The position numbers and the translations under genes were made by a program. 64,000 nt of DNA from contig OX597819.1 of the NCBI GenBank assembly GCA_951406725.2, forward strand, positions 1,364,001-1,428,000. The letters are read 5' to 3'. Under the pieces are notes generated by a model. That model saw only the letters and a program-made list of their open reading frames with translations. It was not told the origin of the DNA and ran no database searches. The stretch comes from Octopus vulgaris. Lineage: Eukaryota. Below are positions 52,555-64,000 of the stretch, piece by piece (within the stretch, counting starts at the first letter, position 1; every line of letters begins with the position of its first letter).

Positions 52555-52961
52555 GTATGTATGTATGTATGTATGTATGTATGTATGTATGTGTGAGTGT
52601 ATGTATGTATGTATGTATGTATGTATGTATGTATGTATGTATGTGTGAGTGTATGTATGTATGTATGTATGTATGTATGTATGTATGTATGTATGTATGT
52701 ATGTGTGAGTGTATGTATGTATGTATGTATGTATGTATGTATGTATGTATGTATGTATGTATGTGTGTATGTATGTATGTATGTATGTATGTATGTATGC
52801 ATGTATGTGTGAATGTATGTATGTATGTATGTATGTATGTGTGAGTGTATGTATGTATGTATGTATGTATGTATGTATGTATGTGTGTATGTATGTATGT
52901 ATGTTTGTATGTATGTATGTATGTATGTGTGTATGTATGTATATATGTGTGTGTATGTATG

Positions 52962-52995
<34 letters not shown>

Positions 52996-53652
52996 TGTGT
53001 GAATGTATGTATGTATGTATGTGTGTATGTATGTATGTATGTATGTATGTATGTATGTATGTATGTATGTATGTATGTGTGTATGTATGTGTGAATGTAT
53101 GTATGTATGTATGTATGTATGTATGTATGTATGTATGTATGTGTGAATGTATGTATGTATGTATGTATGTATGTATGTATGTATGTATGTGTGTATGTAT
53201 GTATGTATGTATGTATGTATGTATGTATGTATGTGTATGTATGTATGTATGTATGTATGTATGTATGTATGTATGTATGTATGTGTATGTATGTATGTAT
53301 GTATGTATGTATGTATGTATGTATGTATGTATGTATGTATGTATGTATGTATGTATGTATGTGTGAATGTATGTATGTATGTATGTATGTATGTATATAT
53401 GTATGTATGTATGTGTGAATGTATGTATGTATGTATGTATGTATGTATGTATGTATGTGTGAATGTATGTATGTATGTATGTATGTATGTATGTATGTAT
53501 GTATGTATATATGTATGTATGTATGTGTGAATGTATGTATGTATGTATGTATGTATGTATATATGTATGTATGTATGTGTGAATGTATGTATGTATGTAT
53601 GTATGTATGTATGTGTGAATATGTATGTATGTATGTATGTATGTATGTGTGA

Positions 53653-53683
<31 letters not shown>

Positions 53684-54709
53684 TGTGTGTGTATGTATGT
53701 ATGTATGTATGTGTGTATGTATGTATGTATGTATGTATGTATGTATGTATGTATGTATGTGTGAATGTATGTATGTATGTATGTGTGAATGTATGTATGT
53801 ATGTATGTATGTATGTATGTATGTATGTATGTATGTGTGAATGTATGTATGTATGTATGTATATATGTATGTATGTATGTGTGAATGTATGTATGTATGT
53901 ATGTATGTATGTATGTATGTGTGTATGTATGTATGTATGTATGTATGTATGTATGTGTGAATGTATGTATGTATGTATGTATGTATGTATGTATGTATGT
54001 ATGTATGTATGTGTGAATGTATGTATGTATGTATGTATGTATGTATGCATGCATGTATGTATGTATGTATGTATGTATGTATGTATGTATGTATGTATGT
54101 ATGTATGTATGTATGTATGTATGTATGTGTGAATGTATGTATGTATGTATGTATGTATGTGTGAATGTATGTATGTATGCATGTATGTATGTATGTATGT
54201 ATGTATGTATGTAGGAATGAATGTATGTATGCATGTATGTATGTATGTATGTATGAATGAATGAATGAATGAATGTATGTATGTATGTATGTATGTATGA
54301 ATGTATGTATGCATGTATGTGTGTATGTATGTATGTATGCATGCATGTATGTATGCATGTATGTATGTATGTATGTATGCATGCATGTATGTATGTATGT
54401 ATTTATGTATGCATGTATGTATGTATGTATGAATGAATGTATGTATGCATGTATGTATGTATGTATGTATGTATGAATGAATGTATGTATGTATGTATGT
54501 ATGTATGTATGTATGTATGTATGTATGCATGTATGTATGTATGTATGTATGTATGTATGTATGTATGTATGCATGTATGTATGTATGTATGTATGTATGT
54601 ATGTATGTATGTATGTATGTATGTATGTATGTATGTATGCATGCATGTATGTATGTATGCATGTATGTATGTATGTATGTATGTATGCATGTATGTATGA
54701 ATGAATGTA
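52555..54709. repeat. ~2.15 kb (GTAT)n array with variant units
   Basis: Direct reading; interrupted by GTGA/GAGT, GAAT and GCAT units. Confidence 0.98.
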
Positions 54710-54858
54710 TCTGCGTGTGTGTGAAGGGAGCCGCACGTGCGATATGCGTAGCTGACGTTATTCCTCCACAGTGTCTCTAAACATCTCTTGAAACTATATA
54801 TACATGCATATATAGATATACTTATATATAAACTTAGATAAACTTAGATATGTTTCGA

Positions 54859-55105
<247 letters not shown>

Positions 55106-55107
55106 AG

Positions 55108-58100
55108 ACATCTAAGACCTTGTTGTAGGTAACCACTGACAAACCGGAAAGACAGTTAGGCATCATCTTGGAAAGACAAGAGGACTGCTCGGAAAGACGA
55201 GCGGACAATAGGAAAAACTAACGACACCAGGAAAGACTGGCGGAGGCTGCGGACTTACGATCCTCGCCTTTGTAATATATTGTAACGGAAATGAATAGAA
55301 ATGACAGCCCCACGATTGACCGAGAGGGGGGAATCGAGAATCAATCAAACCCAGTCAGCACGGAAATGCCCTTGGGATCGAGTACGGTTATTCATTCGAA
55401 TAGCGAACGAAATGCAAACAACTTTTGATGCAAGCGGTGCTGTAGAACCTTTGTAACTGTAAGAGGCTTGAAGATACATCAAGGAAAGACTTGTGAGAAG
55501 AGGACAGAGCAGTGTGGATCATCTGATCGTAAAACACGTGGCAAATCATTCTCAAACCACAGCGGATCGATAAATGCTACAGCAGAGACCTCTTCACGTG
55601 ATGAAACTACAAGTCATGAAACTGGTGCATCAGATAATACTCAGAGGAAACCGAGGGTTTTGTGGCCTGCTGCTAATGAGAAAGGGAAATATAAAGAGTT
55701 TGAAAACAAGTTATGTCGGGCTCTTTATAAAATGACAGACTGTACAGTGGAGAAACTGGGTAAATTATCAAGCTCAATATACGATACAGGAAAGAATTTA
55801 TTTGGAGTAAAAGAGAATATCCGACTAGAGAAAGGAAAGTGTGGACCAAGCAGGAGGATCAGAAAAATGCAGCAGTTGAGGAAGGAAAAGACCAACCTAA
55901 GAAAGCGATGGAGATGTGCTACACAAGATGAGAAACCTGGCCTCGCGCTGCTGTATAACGATTTGAAGAGGAAATGTCGTTATGTGCAACGACATATCCG
56001 CCGATATGAGCGTCGAAAGGAGAGTAAAAGGACCCGGGAGCAGTTTTTGAAGGGTTTACTAAGAAGCTATTCACTGAACCGAAGAGTGGTTCTTTATCGT
56101 GCACTAAAGAAGAATTGGATGCTCATATCAAGGAAACCTACAACGATCCGCACCGTAACCAGCCGCTGCCACCTCTACAAGGGCTAAATCATTTCTCAGG
56201 ACCTGATATCGAATTCCAGATTGGGGACATCAGGGAGAGAGAGGTGAATGACTTCGTAAGAAAAGCTAGAGCAAAGAGTGCCCCAGGATGTGATGGCGTC
56301 TCATATAAAGTCTATAAGTATTGTAATCGTCTGCGCAAGAAGCTCTTCGACAATTGTGGAGCGAGGAGACTCTAGTAGAGGATTGGTGTAAGGCAGAAGG
56401 TATATACCTGCCGAAAGAGGTCAATGCAAAGTCCATAAAACAGTTTATGCCGATATCCTTATTGAATGTGGAAGGCAAGATCTCTTTGGGAATTCTGTCG
56501 AGGAGAACAGTGACATATTTACAGAATAACGGGATCCCTGGACGCGTTGAACACTGTTTTTCGTCGCCAAACAGAACAGGAAAAGTCTGAACGTGGTATG
56601 GCTTGACCTAGCTAACGCGTATGGTTCAGTGCCACACGAATTACTAATGAGAGCCATGGACCACTTCCACATCCCAGACAAAGTGATCAAAATAATGAGG
56701 ATGTACTATGACAGTTTCGAAATGAGGTTTACAATTGGAGATTTTACAACAGATTGGCACCGATTGGAGATTGGCATTGCTGCTGGCTGTACAGTATCTG
56801 TCATGTGGTTTATCATAGTCATGGAGATGATTTTGAAAGCTGTAGATTTTTCGGAACAAATCGCCTAAGAAAGCCTTCATGGATGACGTGACACTTCTAG
56901 ATACAGATAAACAAATCATGCAGAATACCCTCTTGAGATTAGACGAACTTGTGAGGTGATCAAGAATGCGATTTAGAGCAAAAAAGCCGCGTAGTCTGAC
57001 ATTTGTTAAGGGAGTACAGAAAGAATTTAAGAATAGCTGAAAAAAGCATTCCAACAGTCAAGGAAGAGCCCGTCAAGAGCTTGGGGCGAGTATACACTGG
57101 AACATTGTCAGACAGAAGTCGAGGGATTGAAATTATGAAACAGGCCGAGGCTGAGTTATCAGCGATTGATGTTTCGAAGTTACCAGGTAACTTTAAAATT
57201 TAATGCTTGCAGTTCGGCTTGTACCCGCGTCTTGCGTGGCCACTTTTAATATACGAAGTAGCATTGTCACGAGTTGAAATCATTGAACAAAAATGTAATG
57301 TGTTCATTAGAAAGTGGCTAGGCCTACCTCGTATGTTGAACAGTTCAGCTCTTTATCATAAAAGAGGTTCGTTGCAGCTACTAGGATCAATAGCCGAAAT
57401 ATATAAACTGGGGAAGATACGGACGGTCATGATGCTGAGAGAATCGAAGGATATGGAAATCAGGCGTAACCCACCAGAGGTGAAAACAGCCAGGAAGTGG
57501 AAAGCAGAAGCAGAAACCGACGACATCTTGTCTTCTCTTATACACAGAAATATGGTGGATACAACGCAGAACCATCGGAAACGACTTGGTTTTGGCGCAG
57601 ATCAGTTCAGACCGTTTGCAAGCACGATGCGGAGTGAACGCAGATCTGTTGTTAGCAACAGCGTCAAAACGAGAGAAGCAGAGAGAAGAGGGCTTCATTT
57701 GATCCGATGTTTTCATCAAAGACAGATGACGAGATGGGAAGAACATGTTGTTGAGAGGAAGATAAGTTGGGATGAGATATGGAAGTGGACGACATCTCGG
57801 CTGAGTTTCATGATTCGTTCATCTTATGATGTTTTGCCATCACCTACGAATCTAGTAAGATGGAACGTTTCAGAGAATGACATCTGCAAATGTGGAAGGG
57901 TCGGTACACTGAAACATATTCTTTCCAGCTGTTCATTAGCATTGAACAGGTATACATGGAGGCACAACGTGGTCCTTAAGGTTATCTTCAATGCTATAAA
58001 TAACCAAATTCATCTCAACAAGACTGAGAAAAAACCGTTAAAAGTACCATCTAGAGATTTCGTTACCTTCGTGCGACCAGGTCAGCGGATCCGTTTCAAG

Positions 58101-58263
58101 AAGAAGATCAAGAAACTTCCTGTGAGAGATGAAAAGTGGAACGGCTATTGGGAGGTGACTGCAGATTTATCTGGGTGCCAAGGATTCTTTCCCATCCCAA
58201 ATACGAAAACCCCCCCCAGATATTTTGATGTGGTGTGAAAGAAGGAAAGTTGTAAATATAGTC
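55108..58263 (+). mobile_element. HERO-like RLE non-LTR retrotransposon, near full length, pseudogenised
   Basis: N-terminal zinc finger (C..CCRTF...RGLKIHQGKTC); SAPGCDGVSYKVYK, PISLLNVEGKI, WLDLANAYGSVPH, GIAAGCTVS, KAFMDD, QFGLYPRLAWPL; CCHC-like CKC...TLKHILSSC...YTWRHN; breaks off just after the PD of the RLE. Confidence 0.93.
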
Positions 58264-58265
58264 GA

Positions 58266-58420
58266 TGATTTTTTATTAACCATAAAAGGTCTTACATAGA
58301 GGGGATACTACAACACATTGGGGACACAAAACATTGCACATTCTTCCCCAAGTTCCTTTACAAGGTCTTCCGGAATTACCGCATACATTACCCCCACCCT
58401 GTCCTCACAGTCATTCCATG
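58266..58420 (-). mobile_element. Possible L1/Tx1-related 3' terminus
   Basis: Minus-strand TGTAAGACCTTTTATGGTTAATAAA resembles the Tx1 end at 51235-51260. Confidence 0.3.
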
Positions 58421-58428
58421 TATGTATA

Positions 58429-59004
<576 letters not shown>

Positions 59005-59119
59005 CGAATCTATATATACATACACGAATCCGCATGAACATACCCTGTACATAACTCCATGTCCCCCTACATGGCCTTGCTTTTTGCTTTTTGAGCCCAA
59101 AATTAACTTAACTTAACAT

Positions 59120-59255
<136 letters not shown>

Positions 59256-60186
59256 CATCATTTAACATCTTTTTTCGTGCAAACATCCCTTAAAGGGAAA
59301 TAAAACTAGTAATGATTCCGTTCCAATATTTAAAAACGATTTAATCTGTTGTATTTCTTCTTCTCAAATATGCGCTTAAAACCGGAAGTTCCAAGTAACT
59401 CTTCTGTGTATGAAGTTCAACATTTCTGCATAGAACACTTTTGTATTATGTACCAGTATTTTCATATATAAACACTACCCACACACAGGTATCACATCCC
59501 CAAGCACGTACGGTAACTAAACACACCTGAATCTCACCAGGCACATCTTATAGCATTTAATAGAGGCATTTATTGAATAAGAGCTGTGTTACTAATTAGC
59601 AATTAGTTCAAACTACGACTAATGTTTATGCAAAATACATAAACAGAAGTACTGAATTTCAGTCATATCCATATGTAAAAAATATGTGAATATTTATCTT
59701 ATGGTAACCTTTCGGGACTTGTAGCTGTTTTTTCGATGACTCACAACTTCAGCAGGCATAAGTAAAAACAAGGTAAAAGACAGGCTCCTGTAGAACGTTG
59801 CTGCAAATGATGAGCGGTAACGATGGATAGAATATAAAGCGGGAGAATGTTCAACTGCTACAGTATGTCAATGAAAGGAAAACAGAGTAGTCAATCATGC
59901 TTAAGAATACGCTATTTATATCAACTCATTTTTTCCCCTTCTTGTCACTTGAGTTTCACACCACTGCAGCCATCAGCAATACTGCTTATTCCGAGCTGGC
60001 TTTAGAGTCGTGGCTTCATTTGTGCAAGTCTCAAATGACAGCCATATGCAAAAGAGCAAACGAGTTTCAATGTACAATTACAGCATGTCAAATGACCAAT
60101 AAAAAAAAAACAAAAATTAGCATGATGATTGTTGCAATATGAAGCTCGAGTTGCTAAGAAGAAATTTAATCAAATACCCCACCGCT

Positions 60187-60434
<248 letters not shown>

Positions 60435-60441
60435 AAAATGA

Positions 60442-60927
60442 ATCTCTGAGCGAGGTATAAACAGTGAAGTATAAACATCGTGAAGTATATTTGCCACCTA
60501 AATGTGGCTAACCCTTAAGGGTTGATGCTGGTGTAGCTTGTAGCCCCAGGAAGACATCTCCTGCAGCTGGCTATTGACATAATATCTGTGTCCTCTCAGT
60601 ATTTGCAAAGAGTAGTAATAGTTCCTATCCTCAGCTTGACGTGATACACACGTACCCGAGTTTCTGATTATTGACTCGTCATCAGCGTGTGACAACCACC
60701 GGTTGGCGATGGGAAATGATTCTCGATCGATGCAAATATATATATACTTTTTCCAGTGACGAAAAGTCGCTGATCTCGTAGCTATAGTGTATCAATAGCC
60801 AACTGGGGGAGACGTCTTCCTGGGGCTACAAGCTACACCAGCATCAACCCTTAAGGGTTAGCCACATTTAGGTGCCAAATATACTTCACGATGTCGTGCG
60901 GCTACTGTTTATACATCGCTCAGAGAT
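60442..60927 (-). mobile_element. Fold-back element with ~136-bp inverted arms around a central hammerhead
   Basis: Arms 60442-60577 and 60792-60927 are reverse complements with a few mismatches; 214-bp spacer. Confidence 0.8.
60647..60691 (-). ncRNA. Minimal type I hammerhead ribozyme motif
   Basis: Minus strand reads CACACG-CUGAUGA-CGA(GUCAAUAA)UCA-GAAAC-UCGG-GUA-CGUGUG; perfect 6-bp stem I and canonical core. Confidence 0.78.
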
Positions 60928-61504
60928 GTGTTATTGCTTGTTTCCACTTTTTCGAGATCAGTGACTATATTAAGTCGATTAAGATATTTAACACAAACGA
61001 AATACTACACAGAAATATTTGTTATGGCTAGAGTATGGAAACGATCCAACCGAGTGAATTTTATGCATTTGTGTACATTTAAACTAATTTACCGTCAAAA
61101 TAGAACCAGTCATCTTGTAATGCCTGTCATTGAAACCTATAATGGCGACCGAGAGAGGGGCAAAAGTGTTGTACCAGCTTTTGTCACTTAAATCCAAAAA
61201 TGGCGTACAGATGTCTCAATATAATTTGAGTTCTTGATCCGTTTTGTATTTTATAATGTTCTTTGGCGATGGATACTTGGCGACGAGTAACGTCATAGCC
61301 TCGCTCATGTAAGGAAGAAAGTAAGTCAGAATAGTTAGGCTGAATGTAAGACGGTTATCATCTGACAAGATGAAGCAATCATCGTCATCATTATCATATG
61401 TATATGTGTGTATGTGTGTGTGTGTGCGTGTATGTGTGAGTGTGTGTTTATGTAAAAGAAGTACAAATAGGCTATCAATTTGAAATATTCCCGTTGAAAT
61501 ATGG

Positions 61505-61925
61505 ATTTCAAATTTTGGCACAAGCCAGTAATTTCGGGGGAGGGGATAAGGTCAACTGGTACTTACTTTACCGACCCCTAAAAGATGAAAGGCAAAGTCA
61601 ACCTCAGCGGAATTTGAACTGAGAACGTAAAGACGGACAAAATGCAGCTGAGCCCTTTGCACCCTGCGCTAACCATTCTGCCAACTAGCCGCCTTATTCT
61701 GTTGAAATACTGATTTTAAATTTTGGCACAAGGCCAGCAATTTCAGGGTAGTGGGTAAGTCGATTACGTCGACTCCTGTGTTTCAATTTGCTTATTTTAT
61801 CGACCTCGAAAGAATGGAAGGCAAAGTCAACTACGTTGTTATTTGAACTTAGAACGTAAACGCGGACGAAATGCCGCTAAGCATTTTGCTCGGGTTGCTA
61901 ACGATTCTGTCTGCTCTCTGCCTTC
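61505..61925 (-). mobile_element. Two tandem SINE family B monomers
   Basis: Reverse-complement head, core and tail at ~61505-61696 and ~61712-61925. Confidence 0.85.
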
Positions 61926-63277
61926 TTCCTGCTGAAATATTAATAACATCAAATACAATCGTTTCACTTTGATTTATAAATGTTATGATTGTGGACCGGG
62001 TCTTCACAAGCCGTTCGATGGTAGCTGATACTTTAGCACCTAAAAGGACTTCAGTAATAATGAGTGGGAATGCAGTACAATGTCTTTCTTTAATCAAACC
62101 ATTCTATCACAAGGTTTGTCCGGTGTTTTCTTCCTTCGGACAACACAGCTTATTTACTAAATTTGTTCGATGAATCCCCACACTCATTTCTTTCCACTTG
62201 CTTGCAGATCAATGACCTTATCGTTAGACTTACAATGGTCTTGGAGGAATTAGTTCAAACAACTTGAGCGTAATTTGTACATAATGTTAAAACAGTTCTA
62301 TTCCAAAGCAATGTTTTTGCTCTTGGCCACATGGTTTGGTTGTACAATGTCAAGCCAGATCGGTATGTCTACCTAGCCTTCCACAGCTTTTGAAACATTT
62401 GTAGAAGTGGCTTTCTGTGAAAAGTCAACGTCTTGTACTAATAACCGATTACTCTTTCTCGTGTCTTACCATCATGCAGCTTTCTCATAGCACTAGTGAA
62501 ACGTGGATCGTAGAAGTTTTATTACTGGTTCTGGTAAAGTATTTTCGATTAATCCTACGAGTATAATGCATTCCGATTAAAATGTTTGCTTTCGTTCAAA
62601 ATTTTTGATTAGAATGACTCTAGATGTTCCTGGAAAAGGCATTTTTTACTACGATAATTTTTTCTCTCATCATTTTAGTAAACAGATCGTATGTAAAAAA
62701 CAAACTTGTGGTTTATATTTTTTCGTTGTGATATTTTAGAGGAGTTTTTCACTATTTATTAACTTATTACTTACTTATTACTTACTTTACACTTTATAAC
62801 GACATTTAATTACCCTATTCTTCGACGTAAATTCTTTTTACTTCCTTCTAGAATCGTTAACCATTTGGGTTGCTTAAGATGAGCTTTTTCATTGCCGCGT
62901 GCTTTGCAAATGTCTTTTAGGTGTACCTTCAGACTAACAATAGTAATATACTAGTTTTCACAATCTCCAGCGATATGATTACTAACTTTTATTATGAGAA
63001 GGGTTGGTTTTCTTTCATCGAAAGAAAAAGGTCTATTCCTGATAACTTATAGAAGCTGGAAAAATTGTTTTCAACTGTGGTTGTAAAATGATTTTCACCT
63101 GCATATATTCTCTCAGCTCAGTATATGGAAATAAAGGTCTGTCAGAGTCGTGTGATAGTGGTGATAGTGGTGTCAATCTATTCACGCTCTTGTTGATCCC
63201 TATGACAAGTTTTTCACCGGTTTTGAATATAAACGGCAAGATGATTGGTATCACAGTAATCAGAATATCGGTCTCAA

Positions 63278-63481
63278 TTTTTAGGACAAAGGCAACAAAA
63301 TCGGGGCAGGGGATAAGTCGCTTACATCGACCCCAGTGCTCAACTGGTACTTCTTTTATCCACCCTGAAACGATGAAAGGCAAAGTTTACCTCGGTGGAA
63401 TTTGAACTCAGAACGTAAAGCCGGACAATGCCGCTAAGCATTTTGCCCGGCGTGCTAACGACTCTTCTAACTCACCACCTT
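63278..63481 (-). mobile_element. SINE family B monomer
   Basis: Reverse-complement match. Confidence 0.87.
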
Positions 63482-64000
63482 ACAGTAATCAGACTATTGG
63501 CTACTGTCTGTGACAGCCATTTTCAGGGCAAGGAAAGATGCCTATTACCACAACTATTTAGCCTGGTCAGATTCGGACAGATAATTTTTTAAACAGCTTC
63601 ATGTCGCCGGTCGCAAAATCTTCACCGTTTTTTTCCTTATTTAATTGCAAAGTCAAAGTGAAGTGAGAAGGGGTAATTGCATTTTCTAAAATACACGTAT
63701 GATAGTAATGTTGTTAGTATTCGAGATGTAATCAATGTCAGCAAAGCTCGTATAAGCAAAATTTAACGAGGGTGAAAATATATTATATATTTGGCATGAA
63801 TGACGCCTATGTTCGTGAGGAAAACGTGTTTCTCTAATTAGAAAAACAAAGAAAATAGAACCTTTTACTGATCTAGGCTTCTTTAGGTCGTCGTAGTTGC
63901 AGAGGAATATGTTTCAAACACATTGTAGCGAACATCTGCGCCAGTACGTCTGACGCTGATGGCTATGTATGTGTGTATGTGTGTGTGCATGTGTATGTAT

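Noticed and set aside
52137-54780. Long ORFs (up to 841 aa) of HTYI/MYVC repeats
   Set aside because: Translations of the stop-free (GTAT)n microsatellite, with no evidence of coding function.

Overview
AT-rich, repeat-dominated eukaryotic DNA. The SINE families and microsatellite density resemble a coleoid cephalopod (Octopus-like) genome, which is inference. No intact host gene is evident and nearly all long ORFs in the track are microsatellite artefacts or transposon remnants. The window contains many tRNA-derived SINE copies of at least four types, two near-complete mariners, a near-complete Tc1 and a Tigger/pogo fragment. Non-LTR retrotransposon remnants include two HERO-like copies, three R4/Dong-like RLE fragments, a Tx1/L1 3' half and a CR1-group 3' end. 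A Penelope-like element of probable Naiad type and a 2.1 kb (GTAT)n array are also present. The most notable unannotated signals are: (i) five minimal type-I hammerhead-ribozyme-like motifs from four unrelated repeat contexts, two inside long fold-back elements and one antisense upstream of the Penelope-like RT; (ii) a 3' stem-loop shared by a LINE and a SINE, with compensatory changes; (iii) internally deleted RLE retrotransposons; (iv) a 155-bp near-perfect palindrome; (v) low-confidence chains of splice-site-bounded, partly stop-interrupted exons on both strands.
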